A stretch of DNA of 64,000 bases from contig JAFSTK010000022.1 of assembly GCA_017450535.1 (NCBI GenBank), forward strand, positions 2,540-66,539, in the 5' to 3' direction. Below the pieces are notes generated by a model. It was not told where the DNA came from. It made no database searches and saw only the letters and a program-made list of their open reading frames with translations. Positions 38,692 through 48,032 of this stretch are shown here, in pieces (position 1 is the first letter of the stretch; every line of letters begins with the position of its first letter). Made by a program: the position numbers and the translations under genes. The DNA is from Treponema sp. Lineage in GTDB: Bacteria; Spirochaetota; Spirochaetia; Treponematales; Treponemataceae.

Positions 38692-39366
38692 TTACGTTTC
38701 CAAATTAAGTTCCATCACATCATAAAAATTGCATTTGAGTGCCCTTGCAAGCGCATTGATTGAGTCTCCGCTCGCCCGGTTTATGTCCTTTGCTCCGATT
38801 TCGTATTGCTGCAGCGTCCGCAGGTTTACTCCTGAAAGTTCGGCGAGTTCTTTTTGTGTGAGCCCTGCGTTTTTTCGCAGTTGGTGAAGATTTGTCTGTT
38901 TTTGCAGGGATTTTGCTTTGATAATGTCGTTCATCACATCGATGAATTTTTCTTCGGGGGCTTCGTGCAGCGGGTGATACATGCGGACAATTTCAGAAAA
39001 AGCGATATATTCCCGAATTTTTGAAAAAGAGACCTGCGTATTCCACTGATATGATGCGAGAATCCATCCAGCCCAATATTCGGGAGAGCGGTCAAAACGA
39101 ACAAAATCTTCCGAAGAAAAAGTCTTTTTGTTGATTTTTGCATCATATCCCACGCGTTCAAAAACCGTAAGCGCAAGCTCCGTGCCTGAGCAGCCACAGA
39201 CAAAAAGAGGCGAGCCGTTCTCCAGTTGAGAGGCGACCTTTGAGGCGATGAAAAAATCGTAGAACGAATCTGCGGAAACAGAGCATCCATTGACGGCAAA
39301 ATCTGCGGCGAATCCCATTTTTTCCATGACATTCGGCAAAAAGAATTTATCGTAAGCGCGGGTCAT
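38692..39366 (-). CDS. XRE-family HTH protein with large N-terminal domain
   Basis: C-terminal LRKNAGLTQKELAELSGVNLRTLQQYE; SPEYWAGWILA.YQW; overlaps the upstream gene. Confidence 0.88.
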   Translation of the reverse strand: MTRAYDKFFLPNVMEKMGFAADFAVNGCSVSADSFYDFFIASKVASQLENGSPLFVCGCSGTELALTVFERVGYDAKINKKTFSSEDFVRFDRSPEYWAGWILASYQWNTQVSFSKIREYIAFSEIVRMYHPLHEAPEEKFIDVMNDIIKAKSLQKQTNLHQLRKNAGLTQKELAELSGVNLRTLQQYEIGAKDINRASGDSINALARALKCNFYDVMELNLET

Positions 39367-40024
39367 CGTTTTTTACCTCCTGTAAAATCAAGTCACGGAT
39401 GAAAATTCCTGAAATGTCGGCATTTTCCAAGGATTTTTTGTAATCTTCCTTTGCTTTTTCCATTCGTTTTGAGCGCAGGGCATAATACTTATTCCCCTCT
39501 GCGATTTCGTAGCCTTTAAATTCAATCAAGTCGAATGCTTTTTGGCTTTTTAGAACAAATTGCTCCCCGAGTTTCCCAAGTTTCATTGCGTTTTCAAGTT
39601 GGGAATATGAAATCTGATTGGATAAAAACGCCCTCGCAAACGAAAAATATGAATCATCCGCCCTATAGCCTTTTATCGCGTCAAAATCAGAAATGTCAGG
39701 AAGAAAATTATTTTTGAGGTAAAACATTCCCTGCCGCATAATCGGAGTATCAAAGTCAAACAATCGGTTAGTCACCAAAATTGCAAGCCAGTGAAGCGTG
39801 CAGAATTCGCCCGATTGCAAATCCAAAATGCGAAGACCTTCGGTTTCAAGTTCGTACCAGTTTGAAAACCCGTCATCCAGCGAAGGGCACGCCCATTCCT
39901 TTGCAAGCTCACTGTTTTGGGTACAGTAAAAACCAAGCCCATAATCATTGTAGGCTTTCCCCGCCCCAAAGACGGGCTTAGAGATAATTTTCTGTGAGCC
40001 ATGGAACAAAGAGATTTTGGGCAT
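39347..40024 (-). CDS. DUF3990 domain protein
   Basis: LFHGS, NDYGLGFYCT, LAKEWA, GYRADDSYF, KLGEQ. Confidence 0.85.
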   Translation of the reverse strand: MPKISLFHGSQKIISKPVFGAGKAYNDYGLGFYCTQNSELAKEWACPSLDDGFSNWYELETEGLRILDLQSGEFCTLHWLAILVTNRLFDFDTPIMRQGMFYLKNNFLPDISDFDAIKGYRADDSYFSFARAFLSNQISYSQLENAMKLGKLGEQFVLKSQKAFDLIEFKGYEIAEGNKYYALRSKRMEKAKEDYKKSLENADISGIFIRDLILQEVKNDDPRLR

Positions 40025-40029
40025 AATCT

Positions 40030-40059
40030 AAACTACTTCTAAAGAAGTAGTTTTGTCAA
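40030..40059 (-). promoter_or_regulatory. Promoter with palindromic operator for the DUF3990-XRE operon
   Basis: TTGACA-18-TAGTTT, then 5 nt to ATG; perfect 11-bp inverted repeat AAACTACTTCT-AA-AGAAGTAGTTT. Confidence 0.7.
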
Positions 40060-40099
40060 GAGAGATAGAAAAGGGTTGTCTTTCCCGCAGCGAAAGTAA

Positions 40100-40615
40100 T
40101 CATCCGGCACTTTTGCGCTCGTTCAGCCATTGTGCAAAAATCGCCGCGGCATCTCCGCACAGGTCGGGGCATGGGCGTTTCTTGTAGTATTCAGGGGTGC
40201 GCGCTTCGGAAACAGGAGAGTCCGCTGTGTGCGCCGTCGCTTTTCCTGCTTTCAACGCCTGCTCGCTCTGACCCATGGGCACTAAGCCCAAAAGTTCGCG
40301 GCAGATGATTGAGCCGTTGCTTTCGCGGAATTTTTCGGCGAGTTTTTGTCCTTCGTTGTACACCACGTCTTTGCTTTCTTTGGTGCCGTCTGCGCTTCCG
40401 ATTGCCATGCCCAGTGCAGCCATCATGCCGCTCACTGTGCCGCACACTTCGCGCATTCTGCACATGCCTGCGCCAAACGGCTGCATGATTTTCAAAAGCG
40501 TGTCGCGGTCGTAGCCCAGTTCTTTTGCAAACACTGCCGCCACCGCCGGCGCACAAGCATACCCGTCAAGAAAATTCTTCCGCGCCTCTTCCCGCGCTTC
40601 TTCTGGTGTAATCAT
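40100..40615 (-). CDS. C-GCAxxG-C-C family putative redox protein
   Basis: GYACAPAV, FGAGM..EVCGTVSG, GSIICRELL, PCPDLC; start MITPEE with GGAAGG RBS. Confidence 0.88.
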   Translation of the reverse strand: MITPEEAREEARKNFLDGYACAPAVAAVFAKELGYDRDTLLKIMQPFGAGMCRMREVCGTVSGMMAALGMAIGSADGTKESKDVVYNEGQKLAEKFRESNGSIICRELLGLVPMGQSEQALKAGKATAHTADSPVSEARTPEYYKKRPCPDLCGDAAAIFAQWLNERKSAG

Positions 40616-40650
40616 ATCTTTCCTTCCGTAAAAAGTGCCTTTACTGGTGA

Positions 40651-40852
40651 ATAAAATTTGCAGGCGATTCTTCGGCTGCCGATGTATGCAAAAATAGGCG
40701 GGAGGCGGGTTCGCACAGAACTTGCCTTGTGCGGGCGAGCGCAGCGAGTCCGATTCCTTATACACACAACCGCGAGTTAAGCGGCGGGGGCACGCCGGTA
40801 GCCTATTTTTATGAGCAGCGACTTGTTTTATGAATCGCCTTTCAGATTTTAT
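40651..40852. repeat. ~200-bp nested fold-back element (MITE-like or structured RNA)
   Basis: Outer imperfect IR ATAAAATTTGCAGGCGATTC / GAATCGCCTTTCAGATTTTAT; inner perfect IR AAAAATAGGC / GCCTATTTTT. Confidence 0.65.
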
Positions 40853-41676
40853 ATCTTCTCAATTAACGCTGCAGCTGCGTCCAAATACTCTGCGTCTAGT
40901 TTTTCAATCTCGCCTTCGTCTACGGCGCGGGAGAAGCCTTCGCTCATCGGGATGCGGGCCAATACGGGAAGTCCGTAATCCTTTGCGATGCCGTTGATAT
41001 TGCTTTCGCCAAAGAGGTGGATATCTTTTCCGCAGTCCGGGCATTTGATGTAGCTCATGTTTTCAATCAGGCCGATAATCGGAATCTTCATCGCTTCCGC
41101 CATCTTTACGGCTTTTTCCACAATCACGCGCACGAGCTGTTGGGGGCTGGACACCACGATGATGCCATCCACCGGAAGCGACTGGAACACAGTGAGCGGA
41201 ACATCGCCCGTTCCCGGAGGCATATCCACAAACATAAAGTCAACGTCTTTCCATACAACGTCCGTCCAGAACTGTTTGACAGCTCCTGCAATTACCGGTC
41301 CGCGCCAAATTACGGGGTCGGTCTCGTGCTCAAGCAAAAAGTTCATGCTCATCAGCTGGATGCCGCCGTCAGACATAACCGGATAGATTGCGCCTGTTTT
41401 GTCGCCCATTGCTTTTTCAGTGTCTACGCCGAATGCTGTGGGGATGGAAGGTCCTGTGATGTCAGCGTCCATAATCGCCGTTTGGTGCCCAAGTTTCTTC
41501 AGTTTTGCCGCGAGCAGGCTGGTGACGAGTGATTTTCCAACGCCGCCTTTGCCACTTACGATACCAATTACTTTTTTAACGCAGCTTCCTTCTCTGAGCT
41601 GGGCACGTAAATCCTTTGACTTACAGTTTGAACTGCATGTAGAGCAGTTATGTGTACAATTTTCGTCCGTTGCCAT
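40849..41676 (-). CDS. Mrp/NBP35 (ApbC) Fe-S carrier ATPase
   Basis: N-terminal CTHNCSTCSSNC, SGKGGVGKS, DADITGPS, WRGP, DMPPGTGD, ENMS...CPDC. Confidence 0.93.
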   Translation of the reverse strand: MATDENCTHNCSTCSSNCKSKDLRAQLREGSCVKKVIGIVSGKGGVGKSLVTSLLAAKLKKLGHQTAIMDADITGPSIPTAFGVDTEKAMGDKTGAIYPVMSDGGIQLMSMNFLLEHETDPVIWRGPVIAGAVKQFWTDVVWKDVDFMFVDMPPGTGDVPLTVFQSLPVDGIIVVSSPQQLVRVIVEKAVKMAEAMKIPIIGLIENMSYIKCPDCGKDIHLFGESNINGIAKDYGLPVLARIPMSEGFSRAVDEGEIEKLDAEYLDAAAALIEKI

Positions 41677-41753
41677 ATCAAAATACCTCATTTTAAAGAT
41701 ACTGAATAAATCCGAGGTTGTAAAGAAAAATAAATCTGTGCTATAATATATGT

Positions 41754-42890
41754 ATGCAGATAATTCCTATTGCTAGCGGAAAGGGTGGGGTCGGCAAAAG
41801 TCTTTTGTCCGCAAATCTTTCCATTGCGCTTGGTCAGGCAGGAAAAAAAGTTATCCTTGCTGATTTGGATTTAGGCGCGTCAAACCTTCATCTTGTACTC
41901 GGTCAGTCTTCCCCAAAAGCGGGCATCGGTACGTTTATCACCGGGGAAAATAAATTTGAGGACATCATCGCAGACACGGAATATGAGAACTTGCGTTTTA
42001 TAGCGGGTGATTCCGAAGTGCCGGGCTTAAGTTCTCTCAAGATTTTCCAAAAAAATACGCTGATAAAAAAGTTCCAGTCACTTGACGCGGACTATCTGAT
42101 TCTTGACTTGGGCGCAGGTACGCATCTGACGATTCTTGACTTGTTCCTGCTTTCTCCACAGGGAATTATTGTGACGGCTCCTACGGTAACTGCAACGCTG
42201 AACGGCTATCTGTTCTTAAAGAATGCGGTGTTCCGTCTGATGAGCGCATCTTTCAAAAAAGCAAGCAAGGCAGCCCAGTATCTTGAAAAACTCAAGACTG
42301 ACGCCTCTTCGCTCAAAAAATTGTATATCCCAAAACTGATTGAGACGCTGGAAGAAATTGACCCCCAGAATACGGCGGTGTTCAAAGAGCGGCTCTCTCA
42401 GTTCCATCCGCGTCTGGTGCTGAACATGATTGATGACCCCAAGGATGCGGACAAAGCGTTAAAAATCCGTCGTTCCTGCCAGCAGTATCTTGGCTTGGAC
42501 GTGGAGCATTTGGGCGTGATGTACCGCGACTCGCTGCAGGACAAGGCTCTTTCTTCTCGTCTGCCGGTCATCTCCTACAAGCCGAATTCCGTGCTCTCTC
42601 AGGCGATTTTCCGCATTGCAGAAAAGATTCTCCAGAGCGAGACCGTGGAATTCTCAGATTTTGCCGCCGCCACAGACTCTTCGTATGAAGTTGCTCAGGA
42701 AGAGGCGACGGATGACTTCAGCGCGAAAATGTCTTATGTGGAAGATTTAATCGGTACGGGCGCGCTCTCTACCGGTGAGCTTGCGGAAATCATCAAGACT
42801 CAGCAGTTTGAGCTGAATCAGCTGCGCAATGAAAACTTGCTCTTAAAATCAAAAATCGTTAAGGCCGCAAACAAAGGCTTTAAGGTGTAA
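41754..42890 (+). CDS. MinD/FlhG-like P-loop ATPase with C-terminal coiled coil
   Basis: IASGKGGVGKS, DLDLGASNLH, LDLGAG. Confidence 0.88.
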   Translation: MQIIPIASGKGGVGKSLLSANLSIALGQAGKKVILADLDLGASNLHLVLGQSSPKAGIGTFITGENKFEDIIADTEYENLRFIAGDSEVPGLSSLKIFQKNTLIKKFQSLDADYLILDLGAGTHLTILDLFLLSPQGIIVTAPTVTATLNGYLFLKNAVFRLMSASFKKASKAAQYLEKLKTDASSLKKLYIPKLIETLEEIDPQNTAVFKERLSQFHPRLVLNMIDDPKDADKALKIRRSCQQYLGLDVEHLGVMYRDSLQDKALSSRLPVISYKPNSVLSQAIFRIAEKILQSETVEFSDFAAATDSSYEVAQEEATDDFSAKMSYVEDLIGTGALSTGELAEIIKTQQFELNQLRNENLLLKSKIVKAANKGFKV

Positions 42891-42893
42891 AAA

Positions 42894-43892
42894 ATGAATA
42901 TGCTCTATATCAACTATCCTTCTTGGATTCATCCGGAGATTTTTCCCGGAGTGCCGGTACTGGGTCTTATCCGCTGGTACGGACTCATGTATATCTGTGC
43001 GTTTGGCACTGCTTTTTTCATCCTGAAACGGCTGCTCAAAGAAGGCGCGCTGGACAGCCTTGACCGAAAGGCGACCGAAGACGACATCTTCAGTTTTATC
43101 GCTACTGGCATTATCGGATTGCTTTTGGGCGCGCGCATTTTTTCTACGCTTGTGTACAATCACTACGACCCGTCAAATCCTGGCTCAATCAATTATTGGA
43201 CGCATCCATGGCTCATTTTCTGGCCATTTGACAGGACCAGGCGTTTTACCGGCTTGGCTGGAATGAGCTATCATGGTGGTTTTATTGGCGGACTTTTAGG
43301 CATGGTTTTCTGGTGCTGGCGAAACAAGCGTCCTATGATGAAATGGATTGACGCAATGTGCACCGCGATTCCGTTGGGCTACACGTTCGGTCGTTTGGGC
43401 AATTTTTTGAACGGCGAGTTGTATGGCAGAATTACGACGGTCTCTTGGGGCATGGTGTTTCCTAGCGCAGAACGCTTTTCTCTTTCTATTAAGTGGGTTC
43501 GTGAATTTGCGGAGAAGTGCGGCATGGAAGTTACGTCTGGCGGACTTATCAATTTGCCGCGTCATCCCAGCCAGTTGTATGAGGCGTTTTTTGAGGGCAT
43601 CGTGCTCTTTAGCATCATCTGGCTCCTGCACAAAAAGAAGCCGTTCGATGGTTTTTCTGGTGGCTTGTATACGCTGGGCTACGGCATCGTCCGTTTCTTT
43701 ATCGAATATTTCCGTGAGCCGGATGCAGATATCGGGTACCGCATTGCATCGGATGCGAACGCGCCTATCTACTTGAACACATCTTTGCTCAATATTTCTA
43801 CCGGTCAGATTTTGTGTTTTCTGATGATTTTAGGTGGACTTGGCGTTATGCTGACATGCTATCTGCTGGACAAGAAAAAGAAACCTGCATAA
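42894..43892 (+). CDS. lgt: Prolipoprotein diacylglyceryl transferase
   Basis: IRWYGLMY, GMSYHGG, GRLGNFLNGELYGR, HPSQLYE, EYFREPD. Confidence 0.97.
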   Translation: MNMLYINYPSWIHPEIFPGVPVLGLIRWYGLMYICAFGTAFFILKRLLKEGALDSLDRKATEDDIFSFIATGIIGLLLGARIFSTLVYNHYDPSNPGSINYWTHPWLIFWPFDRTRRFTGLAGMSYHGGFIGGLLGMVFWCWRNKRPMMKWIDAMCTAIPLGYTFGRLGNFLNGELYGRITTVSWGMVFPSAERFSLSIKWVREFAEKCGMEVTSGGLINLPRHPSQLYEAFFEGIVLFSIIWLLHKKKPFDGFSGGLYTLGYGIVRFFIEYFREPDADIGYRIASDANAPIYLNTSLLNISTGQILCFLMILGGLGVMLTCYLLDKKKKPA

Positions 43893-43915
43893 AATAAAAA
43901 AGGGATGATTGTGCT

Positions 43916-45418
43916 ATGAATACCGTTTTCCGAAAAGTTTTTTCTATTTTTTCATTTGTCGTTCTTTCTGTTTTTACATCGCAGTGTTTTGCTGAATCTT
44001 CATCTGCCAGCGCGAATAATGCGGCGCGTGAGTCTCGGCAATATATGGAGATGATGTACGGAATTTTTGATTTCGTACAGAAAAACTATGTTGATGAAGT
44101 TGACCCCGCCGTGCTGTACCGGGGAGCTCTAAAAGGTATGCTGGAGTCTTTGAACGACCCCTATACTTTGTATCTTGATACCAGCAGCATGCGCAATCTG
44201 ACTGACACAACCGAAGGAAAATTCGGCGGTGTTGGTCTTTCTATTTCAAAGCCGTATGAGTCCACTCCTGACAAACCGGCATATGTGGAAGTCGCTTCTC
44301 CGATTGAGGACACTCCGGGATTCCGTGCAGGCATTCAGCCGGGTGATTTGATTATCTCAGTTGATGGCACAGATACTTCTGAAATCACTATGGAAGAAGT
44401 GCTTGGAAAACTCCGTGGCAAAGTTGGTGAAAAAGTTGACCTGCTCATTCGTCGCGGCAAAAACATGGAATTTCCTGTTACGCTTGTGCGCGATTATATT
44501 GAAGTTCCTACTGTTAAATATGGCATGATAGACACCTCCGCAAACGCAAAATATGGCTATATCAGAATTATTGAGTTTACGCCTATCACAGCCGAGCGTG
44601 TGCAGGAGGCTTTGGATTCGTTCAAAGGTGCAATTTCCGCGCTGATTATCGACTTGCGCAACAATCCCGGCGGACTGATTACCAGCGTTGCCGATGTGGC
44701 GGATAAATTTATTGATGAAGGTCCAATTGTAAGCACAAAGAGCCGCATTGCCTATGAAAATTCAGTGTTTACTGCGAGTGCCAAAAAGACTACGTTCAAA
44801 GGACTTCCAATTGTGGTGCTGATTAACAAAGGCTCTGCAAGCGCATCTGAGATTTTGTCTGGTGCGCTCAAAGACAATCATCTCGCTTATCTGGTTGGTC
44901 AGCGCACTTACGGCAAAGGTTCCGTCCAGCAGGTGTTGCCGCTTTCTTCAACCGATGGCATCAAGATGACTATGGCGCGCTATTACACGCCGAGCGATAC
45001 TAATATTGATAAAATCGGTATTCCGCCGGACAGAGAAGTGCTTTTCCCTGATTTGGGTGAGGAAGGCGAAAAAGAATATGCCGAATTCCTCAAAAACGAT
45101 GATGTGGCAAAATATGTGGACGGACATCCCGATATGAAGGAATCGGAGATTTCTGCTTTTGCAAAACTTTTGGCAAAAAAGTATCCGCACATTGATGAGC
45201 GCACGTTCCGCAGGCTTACACGCAATCAGGTGAACCGCACAAAACCGGCTCCCCTGTATGATTTGGATTACGATATTCAGCTGAATGCTGCATTGGATAT
45301 TCTTGCGAAAGAAAATTTTGCGGCTCTGGTAAAGAATACCAAGACGCTCAAAGAATTGCAGCAGGAAGCGGAATCGCAGAAGGCGGCCGAAGACAAGGTT
45401 GCCTCAACGAAAAAATAA
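43916..45418 (+). CDS. ctpA: C-terminal processing protease (S41)
   Basis: DPYT, PDZ domain, IDLRNNPGG, SASASEI, GKGSVQ. Confidence 0.93.
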   Translation: MNTVFRKVFSIFSFVVLSVFTSQCFAESSSASANNAARESRQYMEMMYGIFDFVQKNYVDEVDPAVLYRGALKGMLESLNDPYTLYLDTSSMRNLTDTTEGKFGGVGLSISKPYESTPDKPAYVEVASPIEDTPGFRAGIQPGDLIISVDGTDTSEITMEEVLGKLRGKVGEKVDLLIRRGKNMEFPVTLVRDYIEVPTVKYGMIDTSANAKYGYIRIIEFTPITAERVQEALDSFKGAISALIIDLRNNPGGLITSVADVADKFIDEGPIVSTKSRIAYENSVFTASAKKTTFKGLPIVVLINKGSASASEILSGALKDNHLAYLVGQRTYGKGSVQQVLPLSSTDGIKMTMARYYTPSDTNIDKIGIPPDREVLFPDLGEEGEKEYAEFLKNDDVAKYVDGHPDMKESEISAFAKLLAKKYPHIDERTFRRLTRNQVNRTKPAPLYDLDYDIQLNAALDILAKENFAALVKNTKTLKELQQEAESQKAAEDKVASTKK

Positions 45419-46203
45419 TGCGCCAGTACGTAAGCGAGCGCGCGCCGGATAAAAACGGACTGCTCACGGTAAGCGGCAAAGATTACCGCTACATGAAGCA
45501 GGTGTTGCGCTTGACGGCGGGCGATATGGTGCAAGTTCGCCTTCCCGACGGGCGGCTGCAGAATACGACGGTGTGCAAAGTGAACGAAAGCGAGCGCACT
45601 ATTATTCTGCAGGTATGCGCGGAGACAGGCGTAGCCGTAAATCAGCCGCAGAATGTCGCCGCCTTGGACATCTGGTTGTTCCAGTTTGTGGCTAGAGGCG
45701 CAAAAATGGATACGATTGTGCGTCAGGCGACTGAGTGCGGTGTGAGCACCATTGTCCCTGTTTTGGGGGCGTTCTCGCAGGCGGGCGGCAGCGAAAAGAA
45801 TTTTAGGAGCGAGCGGCTTTTGCGTATCGTAAAAGAAGCCCGCCAGCAAAGTGGTTCCGCTGTGGATACGCGCATTTTGGACGCGCTCACTTTGGAGCAG
45901 GCGGTCGCCTTGTGGCATGAGCATTGTGGCGAAAATGCCTTTGCCGCCGTATTGTATGAGCGCACGGAGGAGACAGTGCCGCTTCATAAGGCGGTCGCTG
46001 GAAAAGAGATTCAGCGTGCGGCATTGGCGGTGGGCGCGGAAGGCGGCATCAGCCCGGAAGAAATTGTTTTGCTGCGGCAGGGCGGTTTTGTACCGGTGCA
46101 TTTTAAGACGAATATTTTGCGGTGTGAAACGGCAGCGTTATATGGCATTGCCGCCTTGCAAAACGCGATTACGGAGCATGAGATATGGCAATGCAAAGAA
46201 TAG
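45418..46203 (+). CDS. rsmE: 16S rRNA m3U1498 methyltransferase
   Basis: QVLRL, QATECGV, EARQQS, VGAEGG, ILRCETA. Confidence 0.92.
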   Translation: MRQYVSERAPDKNGLLTVSGKDYRYMKQVLRLTAGDMVQVRLPDGRLQNTTVCKVNESERTIILQVCAETGVAVNQPQNVAALDIWLFQFVARGAKMDTIVRQATECGVSTIVPVLGAFSQAGGSEKNFRSERLLRIVKEARQQSGSAVDTRILDALTLEQAVALWHEHCGENAFAAVLYERTEETVPLHKAVAGKEIQRAALAVGAEGGISPEEIVLLRQGGFVPVHFKTNILRCETAALYGIAALQNAITEHEIWQCKE

Positions 46204-46943
46204 AGCTGCTGGGTGTTTCAGTAGATATCTGTCGCCCGGAGCAGCTGGAAGCGGAAATCTTGGAAATTCTTGCGCGTCCCGGCACCAAGCAGATTGTTTT
46301 TCTTTCCGTCTGGGATTTGCTCAAAGCGCGCAGTAAGCGCAATGATTTTGGTCAGTGCATAAAAGAAGCTGATTTAATTCTTCCGATTTCAAAAAGCATC
46401 CTTTCTGGCGCGCGTTTTCTAAAAAAAGCAGTGCCTGTCCGCTACAATCCGTTTACGGCGACTATCAGCATCCTGAGTGTTTTGGATCAGCACTATAAAT
46501 CGCTCTACCTTTTGGGCGGACGACTCAAGAATCTGGGGCAGGCGGAACGCAATGTTCGCCAGACTTTTCCCAACTTGCAGATTGTAGGCCGCTTTACGGG
46601 GTATTATGCGAAGTCCATGGAGTCGGATATTGTGCAGGCAATCTACAAATCGTCTCCGTCTCTCACGCTCGTAAGCGATGGCATCCGCGAAAAGAATCTG
46701 TGGTCATATCATCGCCGCAACAGTTTTTCAAACAGCATTTTTTTGTACTACCGTGATGCGTTCGGAATCTTTTCTGACCGTATTAAACGGGTGAGTGAAA
46801 AGACTTTTGAGAAAGGTCATGAAATCTGGACGGAAATCATGCATAATCCGCTCAAACTTTTTTTGCTCTTCCCATTCCTAAAATATGGTATACTGTTAAT
46901 GTGGTACAGGCTTTTCAGGAAAAACGCTCAGCCGAAGCAGTAA
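46185..46943 (+). CDS. WecB/TagA/CpsF family glycosyltransferase (divergent)
   Basis: RIELLGVSVD, ADLILP, LYLLGG, FPNLQIVG...GYY. Confidence 0.8.
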   Translation: MAMQRIELLGVSVDICRPEQLEAEILEILARPGTKQIVFLSVWDLLKARSKRNDFGQCIKEADLILPISKSILSGARFLKKAVPVRYNPFTATISILSVLDQHYKSLYLLGGRLKNLGQAERNVRQTFPNLQIVGRFTGYYAKSMESDIVQAIYKSSPSLTLVSDGIREKNLWSYHRRNSFSNSIFLYYRDAFGIFSDRIKRVSEKTFEKGHEIWTEIMHNPLKLFLLFPFLKYGILLMWYRLFRKNAQPKQ

Positions 46944-48032
46944 GTGCGTAAAGAGGTAGTTTTAATCTCTCCTAACCATAAGATGCTTAACAGCTTTCGT
47001 CAGCTGTTCTCTTCTGTTTGTAAAGTACATCTTTACAGCGATTTGACCGATTTTTGTTCTAGAGGCTTACTTTCTGCTTCTGATTATATTTTGGTTGACG
47101 CATGTTTTTTGAAACAGCTGCATGACTGTACAGATTTACTCCGTTCATTCCGACAAGATAAATGTTTTTTTATTACGGATGACTGTTCCCATGTTTTTAT
47201 TCCGCCACATTTTTGTTATGCGATGCTTTCGTTTCCGCAAGATGTGCCGCTGTTGTTTCGTTCTGCTGACTCGTCTTCTGAAAACGGGGATTCTGAGTCG
47301 CAAAAAGTGCTTGATGATTTTGTCGGGGAATCGCCATGTGCGGAGACCGTGCGCAAACAAATCGCTCAGGCGGCAAAATCAGATATTCCTGTTCTGATAA
47401 CTGGCGAGACGGGAACGGGAAAAGGTGTCGCCGCAGAGTTAATTCACCGGTTGTCATCGCGCCGTGCAAAATCGATGGTGCCCGTAAATATGGCTGCTTT
47501 TCAAACAGGACTTGCGGCAAGCGAACTTTTTGGAACAGTGCGAGGAGCTTTTACGGATGCGGTGACGCGCACAGGATATTTTGAAAAAGCAAAAGGAACG
47601 ACGCTCTTTTTGGATGAAATTGGCGATTTAAAACTTGACCTTCAGGCGCAGCTCCTTCATGTCATTGAATGTGGCAGATATCAAAGCGTTGGCTCTCATG
47701 TGGAAAAGTATACTGATGCGCGCTTGATTTTTGCCACGAATGCTGACTTAAAAGCAAAAGTTGAGCGCAATGAATTCCGCTCGGATTTTTATTATCGTAT
47801 TTCACATGCGCTGATACAAATCCCGCCGCTTCGTGAACGAAAAATGGATATCATTCCGATTGCCCGATTTATTCTTCGTTCATCAGAAAAGAAACTTTCA
47901 TCGGAAGCGGAGAAGGCATTGCTTTCTTTTGAGTGGCCGGGAAATGTACGTCAGCTGAAACACTGTCTTGAACGAGCGATGTCTCAGTGTGAGGAAACGT
48001 ATATTACGGCAGAGCACATTATCTTTGATTAA
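46944..48032 (+). CDS. Sigma-54 interaction (bEBP AAA+) domain protein lacking HTH
   Basis: GETGTGK, SELFG..GAFTDA, LFLDEIG, FRSDFYYR, WPGNVRQL. Confidence 0.88.
   Translation: MRKEVVLISPNHKMLNSFRQLFSSVCKVHLYSDLTDFCSRGLLSASDYILVDACFLKQLHDCTDLLRSFRQDKCFFITDDCSHVFIPPHFCYAMLSFPQDVPLLFRSADSSSENGDSESQKVLDDFVGESPCAETVRKQIAQAAKSDIPVLITGETGTGKGVAAELIHRLSSRRAKSMVPVNMAAFQTGLAASELFGTVRGAFTDAVTRTGYFEKAKGTTLFLDEIGDLKLDLQAQLLHVIECGRYQSVGSHVEKYTDARLIFATNADLKAKVERNEFRSDFYYRISHALIQIPPLRERKMDIIPIARFILRSSEKKLSSEAEKALLSFEWPGNVRQLKHCLERAMSQCEETYITAEHIIFD

Noticed and set aside
40616-40765. 50-aa N-terminal extension of the C-GCAxxG-C-C protein
   Set aside because: Reads through the fold-back element; RBS supports the start at 40615
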